A program made the position numbers and the translations under genes. 64,000 nucleotides of DNA from NCBI RefSeq assembly GCF_964355755.1, contig NC_092673.1, positions 5,456,001-5,520,000 on the forward strand, read 5' to 3'. Shown piece by piece: positions 11,701 to 23,535 of the stretch (position 1 is its first letter; every line of letters begins with the position of its first letter). The notes under the pieces were generated by a model, which was not told the origin of the DNA, ran no database searches, and saw only the letters and a list, made by a program, of their open reading frames with translations. This DNA comes from Antedon mediterranea (Eukaryota; Animalia; Echinodermata).

Positions 11701-13268
11701 TTTTATTGGCCAAAAATGCAAAAAGACATTGAGGACTACATCACCAAGCGTTGCTCCTGTATTAAGAAGAAGAAGCCGGTGAGAAATGACAAAGCTCCAT
11801 TAAGACCAATAAGTACAACTGAACCATTTGAGCTGGTCTCTATTGACTTCCTTCACCTAGAGCGTAGTAAGGGCGGGTATGAGTATATCCTAGTGGTTAT
11901 GGACCACTTTACCAGATTCGCAGTGGCCTACCCAACTACAAATAAGTCTGGAAAAACCGCAGCCGACAAAATATTTAATGATTTTTGTTTAAAGTTTGGG
12001 TTTCCTAAACGCCTACATCATGACCAAGGACGGGAATTTGAGAATAGTTTGTTTTACTACCTCCAGAAATATTCAGGTGTGGAACATTCCAGAACAACAC
12101 CATATCATCCACAGGGAAATGGGCAAGTGGAGCGGTTTAACAGAACGTTACTCTCCATGCTCAGAACACTGGAGGATGACCAGAAACCGGATTGGAAGAA
12201 CCATTTGACCAAACTTGTACATGCTTATAATGCAACCAAGCATGACACGACGGGTTTCTCTCCTCATTTTCTTTTATTCGGAAGACAGCCAAGATTACCT
12301 GTTGATATACTTTTCAACTTGTCGCGATCGGGTCCAGAGAAAACTACTCCACAGTATGTGCAAGCATGGAAACGGCAGATGAAGGAAGCATACCAGATTG
12401 TCAGAGAACGGGCAGGAATAACAAGTGAGAACAGCAAGCAACGGTACAATCGGAAAGCCCACGCCATTACTTTACACCCAGGAGATCGCGTATTAGTAAG
12501 GAAACTGGCACAACCAGGTGGTCCTGGAAAGTTGCAAAATTATTGGGAAAATGATATCTTTAAGGTAGTACGACAGCAAGGGGATTTACCAGTATATATC
12601 GTAAAACCCGAATGTGGAGTTGGCCGGACTCGTACACTACACCGAAATCATCTTCTACAGTACCTTGTGATTCTTTACCGTCAGAAGAGCGACTACAACC
12701 TAAACCAACATCAACCAAAAAGAAATGCATGCCGAAGACACAGAATGCACAACACACTATGACAGATAGCGAGCTGACAGATGGCGATGACGAGGATAGA
12801 TGGGATAGTGTAGGCCAAATTGAACCGACATTGGATAACAGGGTAAATGAAACAGATTCTTCAAGTGATACATCAGCGATTTTAGATCCGAATGCAACTG
12901 CATTTATACCACCCCGACTACAGTTTGTCGATGAAACTGACGTACCGCAAATTCAGGATCTGGCACCAAACATGGATGAACAGCAATGTTTCGCTGATGA
13001 CAGGTCGAATGAGGATGAATTAGTTGATCAACTACAGGAAAATGAGAACAGAATTTCCAATACTGGTAGTGTAGTAGAGGAAGCAGAAGACCGGCCAATC
13101 CGAAATAGGCGTCCACCTCAAACACTGACTTACAGCACCATGGGAACGCCTGACCCATCTTGTATGAAGATAACAGAAAGCATCGACAGAACAAGCGAAA
13201 AGCAGCGGAAACTGAATTTTATATCGTATCTATTTATACCCCAGTCGTGTCGGTTGTTCGGCAGTTAG
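8767..13268 (+). CDS. pol: Gypsy Pol (protease, RT, RNase H, integrase), reached by -1 frameshift; C-terminus disrupted by a 5-bp insertion at 12658-12662
   Basis: LWDTGAQVS, YLDD, LHTDAS, HHCC and DDE integrase (SIDF, HHDQGREFE, GQVER). ORF 8740-12762 joins ORF 12612-13268 when CAGTA is removed. Confidence 0.95.
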
Positions 13269-13403
13269 TTTACCGATGATATGGCCGTGATGTATTATAT
13301 AATATTTTTTTCGTTCTTCAAACGTGTTTTCCTTTCTCATTATGTACATATTCGTAGATTAAGTTTGAAATGCCGTTACGTCATTTTTTTTAGTGGGGGA
13401 GGG

Positions 13404-14203
13404 TGTGACGTCCATAAACCCCCGGACTAATTTGGAATAGTCCAAGTACACAAGGTGACAGGGTGGGCATAGGTGGCATGAGGTCATTAAAGATTTGCCA
13501 CATATGAGTGTAACATCTATAAAATCCTTGTCATCATTTATTGTGTATTACTATTCTTAGGTACGTAAATATTATTCTCTGTATTATTTTGTATTATAGA
13601 GATAATTTCCATAATGTAGTTATTGTTCAGGATGATAGATATTACCCTTGGGATAGATATGTTGTTCATACAATATGGTTACAGTTGCGGTTCTACACCG
13701 TATAATGAGAGGGTAAGCCAAGGTTAACATTCTTTCCAGGAGGGAACGTCCTTGGATTCAGCATGGTTACTATGACAACTAAGATAAGAGTATCATTGTG
13801 TTATTTTATAGGTTACGTATGAAGTATAACTTGATCATAGTGACTTTGAGAGTTATATTTGGTATAGACACAAGTACAAGTCATGTATTATTTATACTGT
13901 ATTGATGTTCACCTTGGTATAATAGGAAGGTGAAGAAGTGTTACAGGTTTATTACTTATTTAACACGACCTTAGTTGAGAGATAATGCTTCATCGTTAGT
14001 ATTTTTAGAGTTATGAAATACAGTAGCAGATGTACTGTAGTTTTAAGCTTACAGTACTATGTTTGATGATAAGAGGTCCATTAAAGATTTGCCACATATG
14101 AGTGTAACATCTATAAAATCCTTGTCATCATTTATTGTGTATTACTATTCTTAGATCTCTCAACGACGGAAAACATCCCTGTACTCATTGACCAGGGGTA
14201 ACA
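13404..14203 (+). repeat. 3' LTR (800 bp)
   Basis: Copy of the 5' LTR with an extra CAGTA at 14052-14056. Confidence 0.97.
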
Positions 14204-14732
14204 AAAATAAGATGGCGTGTTATTTGGTCAGCCATTTTACGGCGGTTTTAAACTAAAATTTAATTTATATATCTCTCATGTTCTACTACTGTAGGAATTC
14301 AAATCTAATTTTTGCTGTGTTGTTTATTCACATTTAAAGGATTCATACAAAATATTTTTAAAATTTATTTTTAAAAGCTTCCATATCCATTATAAAACCT
14401 TCAAAATTGTGTACAGTAGTGATAAAAAAAATATCAGCAAATTTTATGGAGTTACATGTATACATTCAGTCTCCATGTGAAATATTTAATAGTCAGCAAC
14501 ACAATACTTCCATAATGTTACAAACAGCAGTCTCTTCTCCATGGCAACAACAACTGTTATTTCAACAAATAATACAAGAAATATTTTCAGACATTTTTGC
14601 TCATATTAAATAAGTAAATTACACAATTCCAAAGTAATACTGTATATAAATTTCAATCAGATGCTATAATCGTTACTAAATTGTTTAAAATAAGGATTAT
14701 TATGATTGTTACTGTATATCATAATGTTATTA

Positions 14733-14752
14733 CAGGGAGATACATCTCCCTG
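14733..14752. mobile_element. 20-bp P-type mini-hairpin or excision footprint
   Basis: CAGGGAGATACATCTCCCTG flanked by 7-bp direct repeat GTTATTA. Confidence 0.65.
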
Positions 14753-15782
14753 GTTATTATTAATACTGTACAAAATTGTTACAGTAGTACTATTCATATG
14801 GCAATAATGCATATGTTTTGATCATGTTCAGAAAGACCTTTTGACTTGACAGCTGCTTAGTACGGCATAAGGGCATGTCAATATCATTTAAAATGAACGA
14901 TTTATGAATCATCAACACTAACCATATAAAATTAAAAATTCTAGTATACAGTGTAATCAAGGCAATGTAACAGCTCTCAGATCAAAGGGTTTAACTGTGG
15001 CTGCGACACAATCATGATAAACCCCAGCCTTACAGACACTGCATGCCACGGAGAATATGTACAAAGTACAGTACTGTTAGTCTTTGTCGCAGCCAGACCA
15101 AGGATCAAAGGACTGTTATGAGTTTTTATCCTGGCAAGATGAGCACACTGTCCTGTTGTTAGATTGCCATGTTGTAATATGAGATTAAAAGATGCGAGTT
15201 TAGTGGTGACTGAACAGTAATCTCAGTTGAATTAGGAAGAGTACAGTAAAAGCATTGAGATGCTGCAAAAGGAATAGCAGTAACAATGAACAAACACATT
15301 CATTGCGGTAATAGAGTACATTTCAGTCAGTGCCGACTATGGCTAGACATAATACTGTAGACCCATTCAAGATTTGATATTTGATGCTAAAAATGTTTAT
15401 GGTAGATGAACAAGTACATAACTACAGTACATTCAGATTTTAAAGGATATCTTAAATTACATAATAGTTTCTCTTTAAATCAACAATTGTTGTGTGTAGC
15501 AGCTAAGTGACAGAAAAGTTTATGTTAAGAATAGGTGTAAATTGGTATCATTGCATCAAGTTAAGTACAGAATTACTGCAGAAGAGACCAAATGTCTTTT
15601 GTTCAGACATGGTTTAAAGGTCTTAACTTTTTTCTTAACTTTTTGGTTGAACTAAAATAACGTACTATTTACTTATACTGTACTGTATACAGTATAATGA
15701 CATATAATTTACAATGCCTGCTGTATTCAAAGATAGGTATAAAGTACAATACAGATTATACAGTACATCATAATGTATGATA

Positions 15783-16275
15783 TGATTCAATTCAATTCAA
15801 TTTATTTATTGCTGCAAATGCCATCAAGGGCTAATATCCGCTTAAACATACTACATACAAACATATACATATTTACATTTAAAATTTAAACACATAAAAA
15901 TTATAGTCATTACTATACTGTTGTAGTTATTATTTTTTTAAATTATTGTAATTGTTGTTTTTATGATTATTGTTATTGTTATTATAATAATTAATATAAA
16001 TGTAATAAATTATAGGTTACATCTTAAGGGCAGTTTTATTGTGAAGCATTGTGAAGCACAGAGAAGGAAGACACGTTAAGATGAAACGATTGAGCGAGTG
16101 AGAGTGAGTGAGGTAGAGTAGAGTGAAGAAAACGAGTAGAGTGAAAAAAACGAGTAGTATGTCCTTTAAAGGGAAGATAAGAAAAGTGTCGATTATGGCG
16201 AAGGACGAACAGGAGGAAGAAATGAACGAAGAGGGTGTTGAGGAGACTGCGTGATAGCACAAAGAAATTTAGGTA
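15783..16275 (-). mobile_element. 5'-truncated CR1/L2-clade LINE 3' end
   Basis: Minus strand reads ITQSPQHPLRSFLPP / YLPFKGHTTRFFHS across a frameshift (typical ORF2 tail), then an AT-rich 3' UTR ending aataaataaa(ttgaa)n. Confidence 0.5.
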
Positions 16276-16352
16276 AAAAATACTGATGCCTTAAAGAGAG
16301 GGAAATAACAGGGCTTTATTTCTTCATGCTTAAATCATAGAGAAACTTAAAC

Positions 16353-16379
16353 CATGGACCTATAAATTAGAGGTCCATG
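16353..16379. mobile_element. 27-bp P-type mini-hairpin or excision footprint
   Basis: CATGGACCtataaattagaGGTCCATG flanked by 7-bp TSD CTTAAAC; near-identical copy at 50783. Confidence 0.7.
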
Positions 16380-17048
16380 CTTAAACTAAGTAAGGATCAC
16401 ACTTAGCGTTAACGTACATTGTTGATTTAATCAGTTTATTGTGTGAGTATTAACAATGAGGTAAAAAGGGTATTCATTCACTATTGGCTCTTTTATTAGG
16501 GATTAGAGACTTATCCCTATGACATCAGATCATGGAGAAATTCCTTTAGACCACCCCCTGTACATGTACTGTAGGCGTACAATACATTTGCACATGAAAT
16601 AACAAATACAATCAAACTTGTAGATTGTGTTTTGTGATGAAAATCAATACAGTAATTAACATGTCATTGCAATATATTTGAATTCAAAAAATAATTAATA
16701 CAAATTTTAAAATCCTTTTAAATTTAACTACAGTACTTGTTTATAATATAAATATTCCCAGGGAGATCCCTAATATTCCGTACACATATTTTATTTCAAA
16801 TTAATTGTTCAGATAGTGATAATTCTGAAATGGTGCAAATCGCTCATATTACGCTACTACATCGGTTAATAAATAATACTAGGGCCTAGGCCTAGGCTAT
16901 AATATGCATTGTAGTATTACCACCAGACTGAGCTAAAAAACTAACCAACTAACTCTCTGGGCCCCTACCTAATATTATTCGTGACAAATGCAAAAAACAA
17001 CTTGCTCTAACATAATCAACATATCTAGTATATGCATCCACTTCTTAC

Positions 17049-17353
17049 CTTATTGATAACAAAACATGTTCTCAAAATTAAACGTTAAATACAGTATTCT
17101 CATTCTTAATTTTTGACCGCGTATCCATAGACGCTCAAACGAAAGTGACTTACCCTATTAACCCCGTGTTAATATTACGCTCGTTCATCATTGGTTGATT
17201 TGTCAATTGCGTAACCTTTGAACTTGATATAGAGTAAAAACACACAAAACAAAAACACGACTGTGTGTGAGTCCGCGAGACTTTGTTTACTGTTTGAAAT
17301 ATCAAATTAAATTGCAATTTTACATTTTATATGCATTTAAATAACTTGGTAAC
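17049..17353. promoter_or_regulatory. Probable bidirectional promoter, PDZ gene / FAM204A
   Basis: Minus-strand donor at 17047-17048, CCAAT box (attgg ~17190), CpG-richer patch, FAM204A ATG at 17354. Confidence 0.5.
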
Positions 17354-18978
17354 ATGCTTTCAATATTACCGCCCGATATGAGCGATAGTTCAGACGATAT
17401 ATCATCATCTGATCAGTCGGAAAGCGATCATCTTATAGCTAGGCCTAGGCCGCAGCAGGATGAAATGGATTCGTCGTCGTCGATGACAGAAAATCAAAAG
17501 GGGAAAACAGTCGAGCCTCCACGAGGAGTATCAGGAACTCATTGGGAGGTAGGCCTAGCCTAGATAATTTATCAATAAATCCACAAAATCAATCTTACGG
17601 TATATATGATCATATGAAAATGAGTAGGCCTAGGCTAATTTATATTTTCTTTGTTTTTTTATATTTGTATGTAGAAATTTTTAGAACTTAAAAAAGGTAG
17701 AGAAGCGATCCCTAGTTCGTCTACCACAGAAGTACTGCAGAAAAATCGTAAACGAAAGCGAAAAAGGAATCGAAAGAAAAAAGACAATGTAGAAGGTCTG
17801 TCGATAAAGTAGCCAATTTTTTTCTATTCAAAATGAGTCACATAAGCACATATACTTTATACTAAATAATTAACCATTCGGCATTAACTTTTTTTTACAG
17901 AATGTTGTAGAAAAAAAGAAGTTGGCCAACTTTCTGGATCCAGTCTACCGATTGGTCCTCAACTTCCAGGACAATCCTCCAGGCATCTAGGCCCATTACC
18001 AGGTCAGCCACCTGGACAGGAGTGGAAAGATGTCAAGCAATATTTAGGAGTCTATGATCGTTTCAAAGGCGTTGACTATGGAAAAGTATCAGAAATGGTG
18101 AGATATGTATAAAACATTAAGGTTGGTCTATAAAGCTTTGTCTACACTATCAAACTAGTTTGTGCCCAAATATGGTAGTTCTATGACATCATCCTCATCA
18201 TGTCTATATGATAAATAATACTTTTAATAGCCAAATGTATTTATTTTTATTTGAAGTCCGATACTTTTTAATGTTTTATATATTTTATTGTATTGCATCA
18301 AGGAAAACAAATTTCATGTTCGCCTTGTTGTGTTCATGATAATAAAGATTTATCTTATCTTATGTATGTATGTCTATACATCACATTTTTTTGTCACAGA
18401 AACTAAAGTTTGATAGTGTAGACAGAGCTTTAAGATCCCAAACATTTTTTGAAAGCCGGATTCAAAATTCTCCCAAATGTATGAGTTTTCACAGATCCAA
18501 TGTCATAAATTTCCAGACAATTAAAGTATTGTATGTTACAAAGGTACACTTCAATTAGGTACCATAAGTAATAGTTAATAGCCAAGTGTATTTATTTTTA
18601 TTTGAAGTCTGGGTTGGAGAAAGAGATAAACAGTGCAATAAAAACTAAAGATTTTCAAACTGCGGAGAATTTGAGTGATCGTCTATCCAACAGAGACTTT
18701 GGTACCAAAATTCACGAAGCCATCAAAGCCAAGGAATATGTTGAAATCAAAGAGGCAAGTTCTGTACATTTTTCTGTTTCCCCCAAAATTGCTGATATTC
18801 TTCTGCCCATCATAGTAGAGGGCGCTATAATATTTTTGCTTTAATTGAAGAATAAAAATGCTTTTATTTCCAATCACTTTAGAAAGAAAAAATGGAAAAA
18901 TCAAAAAAGAAAAAGAAGCAGAAGCTAGCTTGGAGATTTGAGGTTAAAGAAAGATGGGAAATGAAAGGAAATATGTAA
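17354..18978 (+). CDS. FAM204A: FAM204A homologue, 5 exons (17354-17548, 17675-17795, 17901-18097, 18608-18754, 18883-18978), ~251 aa
   Basis: WKDVKQYLGVYDRF, SGLEKEINSAI...LSNRDFGTKI, C-terminal KKKKQKLAWRFEVKERWEMKGNM; phases consistent; intron 4 is GC-AG. Confidence 0.9.
18134..18429. mobile_element. PIF/Harbinger-like MITE family A (TIR AGCTCTGTCTACACTATCAAACT), copy with internal insert
   Basis: TIRs at both ends, TAA/TTA flanks; further copies or fragments at ~22622, 27731, 41963, 42490, 44330, 52250, 62905, 63770. Confidence 0.8.
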
Positions 18979-19740
18979 AAAAAAACATATTTCATCTGTC
19001 ATCCCCAAAAATATGGTATTATAAAAGTTATAATTTTCATCGTTTTGTAGCCATACTCACTCATATCTCTGTAAAATAAGGACTGTATTCATTTTTCTGA
19101 GATTTTTTTCCCCTTTCTTGCAAAAACTAAGATACTGTAGTACTAATAATGTTAATGATCATGTTAATCACAAACATCAGTTAAATAAAATACAGTGTAC
19201 AAAATGTTTCCATTCATCTTCTTTAACATCATAGTTATGTTTTATAATTTTATAGGTTAAAAATAATATTTATGAATAAAACTATTAATTATTAATTCTT
19301 CCCAAAAGATTAACTAATGAATACACTAAAGTATTAAATATATATTTTTTTGTCAAATATGGTAATTGTTTAAAACAATTGATAAAGCTGAAATTAAGGG
19401 AGTTTAAATAATTAACAAGTTTAATAAAAAATCAAATGGCCCACTTAAAATAAATCTTTTTTTATAAATTATAATTAGAACCATGATTACTAAACCATAT
19501 ATTTCCAACAATTTTTTTTTTTCGAAGGAAAATATATTTGACTTAATTAGTATTTAAAATAAAAATAATAAACTAAAATATTTATATAAATACATTTTTT
19601 GTATATTGTACATCAGAATTATTATATATAAACACATCAGGCAATGAACATTAATTCGAAACCGCCCGGTGATATACTGAAATTTAATTAATTAATTTGA
19701 AACGATAAAGATGAGGAAATCTGTGAGAATGAGAAAAAGT

Positions 19741-19812
19741 CGCCCCAACCGAGACTCGAACTCGGACCGCCTGCTTGATATGCAGATGTCCTAACCATTA
19801 GACCACTGGGGC
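19741..19812 (-). tRNA. tRNA-like gene, anticodon ATC (Asp); possibly a pseudogene or element-borne
   Basis: 72 nt folding into a full cloverleaf (GCCCCAG/TTGGGGC, GTCT/GGAC, TCTGC/GCAGG, CCGAG-TTCGAGT-CTCGG), G discriminator, TTTTT just downstream; atypical A32 and A34. Confidence 0.6.
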
Positions 19813-20006
19813 TTTCATGGTATTGTTCAAACTCGATTGGAAAGCGACTCTTTAACATTCTCGGCGTGGTATGGCGGAACAGTACTAGTCCTCAGTTGTA
19901 CGCACGCGCACCAGAGATCAAATTGATACGCCCTCATCTTTAGCTACACCGGGGGGGGGGGGGGGGGGGCACACTAAACTATTACATGATTATTTATCAC
20001 ATTATT

Positions 20007-23000
20007 TTATTCTTGATATTTTAATAACTTGCACCCCTTAGTTTTATAGGCTGGCCATCTGCACTTAGGACAGCAATGATTTCCCCCTCTCAGCCATGTA
20101 ACAATGCAACCATGGTGGTAAACATGTCCACATGGCAACCCACAAACGGTGTCGTTTTGGTGGTACACTTCCAGGCATATGGCACACTCCAAACATGTAT
20201 TGTAGTTACTGGTAGTACATTCACGTTCTCGATAAACGGTACTTGAACCTTTATCATGTGATCTTGAATTGACATTTTGATTGGAGTCCGTCACTTGATT
20301 GACGTCACCATGATTTACTCTGCCTGAAGCTGGCATAACATCGTCATTTTGCGAAAAAGAAACATTCTGATTATCAAGCGAGTTACTACTACAAGAACTA
20401 TTCAATTTGTTGACATCCGTTCCATTTTCCTCATCAAATGCAACATTTTCCGTTCCTTTCCCACCGCAAAATTTCCACGTTGGTAGGTTTGAAATGTAAT
20501 CCATTGGAATAACTGGGTGTAACCAAAAACCAGGAACCGCAAGTCGTTCAATTAACATGTCCAATCCTTCTTCCACATGCACTCTATTCAAACGAGGGCC
20601 GCGTAAATTTGACGAAGGCCTGATAAGAAACATGTAATAATCTTGAATAACTCTATGTAACCAAGCTGCATTTGATTCTTGCGATACATTCGTCAATCTC
20701 TTACGATATTTTTCGATAAACCCAATAACACAACAATATATTAAGAATGTTAACAAAAGAAATGTCGTATAGTGAGAGTACACGAGAAGATCACTACGTA
20801 TATAACACATAAAATCAGATATCAGAAATTTACGAAGGATTTTGTTGCCGAAATTCCAAACAGGTTTAAGAACGGATAGTTGTAAAGTTCCAAGAAACGG
20901 TAACCAAAATGCCAAAAAGCTGAAATTTGATTTTCCAAATGTCCATGAAAAATAAACGAATCGTTTCAATATACCACCTTGTGTTATGAAGAAATCAAAA
21001 ACACAAAGAATATTCACAGCAAATAAACTCCATATAAATGCATCATTAATTTCCGGAGATAAAGTTTTTAGATACAGAACAAGTTTATCATAAGACATAT
21101 ATTCACCTGCGTGTATTCCGTAACGTACATCACCTTCTGATGTTGCAATTAATATAGATGGAATTCTCGTTTTAATTTTTTTGGAATTTTTAATTTCAGA
21201 AAACTGTCTTTTATTTGTTGATATAAATGCAAACTTAATCCTTCCTGTAAATTTTGCACCAAGTGATGAGAAAAATAACGGTGGTTCACTGGCACTCGAA
21301 AAATAAGCGATGCGTACTGGAAATTGATTGGGACGATTTCTTGCCATTTCCATCCACGGTTTAGCATTATCAAGATTGTAAAACCTTGTGACCTTTGACA
21401 TTAAATGTGCGTTTAATCGATCAAGTATGTAGGATGCTGAACTTGGTTTGTAATAGTGGAACATGGTCACATGATCTTTGTACGTCTCGCCCTGAGGCAT
21501 TGCCAGCAGAACGCTTTGTTCCAACCAGTTTTTCATCAAACAGAAACTGAAAGAAATATAAATTATTTTTCCATAGTATTTTTGTGTAAGGGCGTGTGGC
21601 GCAGTGTGATGGACGTTCGACTACTGATCGTGAGATTGAGGTTCAAATCTAATGCTCGTCGCATTGCTTGTATCCTTAGGCAAGATACTTTACTTACGTT
21701 TGCCTCTCTCCACCCAGGTGTATAAATAGGAACCCTGTTAGTGTTAGATCAAGACACAACTTTGTGCTGGTTACTAGCTGCATTATGGGAGTATTTTTCC
21801 ATACGTGTTTGATCAAAAAAATGACTGGGGTAATAATGTTCAGCGGTTAGAGGTTTCACAACATTAGGCGCTATATAAATCCACGATATTATTATTATTT
21901 TAAAGTAAAATAGAAAAGTAAAATCTGTATTTTTAATAGAAACTAAAACTTATAATAATAATAATAATAATTTTCTGATAATGATCAAATAAAGATCGAA
22001 ACGTTGAATCACGGCTTGCTTCACGTTATTGGGATATGTTATTTAAACATAACCAGTGCATCTATTGGTTAAATAAATGTAATATAGTTTTTTTATATAG
22101 TGGTATGAAAAACTATGTTTGTACAACTTTTTATGTATTACTGTATATTTCATTGTGTTGTTATTAGTAAAGAGCAGTTATTCAGTTTGGGTTTTTTTTT
22201 CTGGCTTCTTATCTATCTTACTTTGTATCCAAACTACAGTTAAATGTTCCTGTTCTTATACCAAATTTGGACACTTTTCTTCTAATTGTTTTCCATGAAT
22301 TTTTAGAATGCAAGGGTGGACGATCTGGAGGTACAACCTGAAAAATGTAAAAATATTAGTCAAATAAAGGAACATCAGACTAGCATGTGAGAGGCATGGG
22401 TTTAGGTCATATTGCTTAAGAAAAGAAAGAACATTTGCTCTCATTGCCTCATCCATCAGATGTAAAGCCGCTGGTCCCATGTATTTATTGCTCTATAAAG
22501 AACTTGGTACACTATTCGAAAAGAGCAGGGGATCGTCTCCAGGTGTGCTGATGATTTCTGAGTTGATTTCTTGGACATTAATTTGTTCAATTATCGACAT
22601 TCGAAAGTTCTTTAATTCTAAAGCTCTGTCTAGACTATCAAACTTTATGTGTCCATATATGGACATGATGTCATATCAATACCATATTTGGGCATATCAC
22701 TACTATATTTAGGCATATCACTAACATATTTGGTCATATCACTATCATATTTGGGCAATTTACCTGAATCACCCAGACACTGTCTTTCTTGTCCTCTACT
22801 TCCTCATAGAAGTGTCCTCTAGACCTGAACAATGTGGTATCATTTTCTTCCAATTCACCATCTTCCTGGATTTCCATCAATTCACCATCATGGACATCAC
22901 CTACACAATGAAAAATAAAGATGAATAAAATCAAAGTATATTTTCTTGTAGTTTTAAATAGTTATTAATTTTTACCAAAACAAAAGGTTTTCACTTATAA

Positions 23001-23535
23001 AGAGACATAATAAAAATGTTAAATCTAACCAAAAACCAATTGACAATGAGCTTCCGGTTTCTGGTTTTTCTTTAAATTATGACTTATCGGGTAAATAGTA
23101 TTTTTGTAAATAAATATTCTTTGACATTAAAATGAAAAAAAATTATTTTCAAATTTTTGTCCAGGGAAACGGCCGAGACAAATATCTTTAAGCATGTATC
23201 TACCACACATGTATTTATTAATGCTACATTAATTAGTTTGGAGGGTGAAATGCAAATCTGAATTCTTATGTCCGAAAAAATAAAGTTAAATGTTACATAC
23301 CTGATTCAGCGATCAAATCCGACAGTTCTTTTTTCTCAACGACCTTCTCATAATTAATGCCCCTCACATCCAGCAGGTTTTTCAGTTTGTTAACGCTGAG
23401 CGTCACTGGATCAACAAGTTGAGTAGCTACAAACCCTGCTTCATACCACACTAGTAATTCACAGAGGCGTAGCATGGCTGACATTAGTACCAAATAGAGT
23501 AAAAGTAGCAGAATCTTCAGTACCATAGACATCAT
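20007..23535 (-). CDS. RNF103: E3 ubiquitin ligase RNF103, 4 coding exons (23301-23535, 22764-22900, 22222-22337, 20007-21546), ~675 aa
   Basis: LVWYEAGFVATQLVDPVTLS...RG..Y...EKK; HFYEEVEDKKDSVWVIQ; KVSKFGIRTGTFNC; LIERLAVPGFWLHPVIPMDYI; C-terminal RING-H2 ending CPKCRWPAYK; phases consistent. Confidence 0.95.
21590..21900 (+). mobile_element. tRNA-derived SINE with Deu/CORE-like centre and L2-like tail
   Basis: A box tggcgcagtg, B box ggttcaaatc, ctctccacccaggtgtataaat core, gcgctatataaat...(tat)n tail. Confidence 0.7.

Larger units (their letters stand above)
6836..14203 (+). mobile_element. Full-length, very young Gypsy/Ty3 LTR retrotransposon
   Basis: TG..CA LTRs at 6836-7630 and 13404-14203; AAAA on both flanks; PBS; PPT AGTGGGGGAGGG at 13392-13403; gag, then pol in PR-RT-RH-IN order. 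Confidence 0.98.

Noticed and set aside
8889-13194. Antisense and alternate-frame ORFs within pol
   Set aside because: Shadow ORFs without recognisable motifs
12612-13268. Separate env-like third ORF
   Set aside because: No signal peptide or TM segment; it is the frameshifted pol tail
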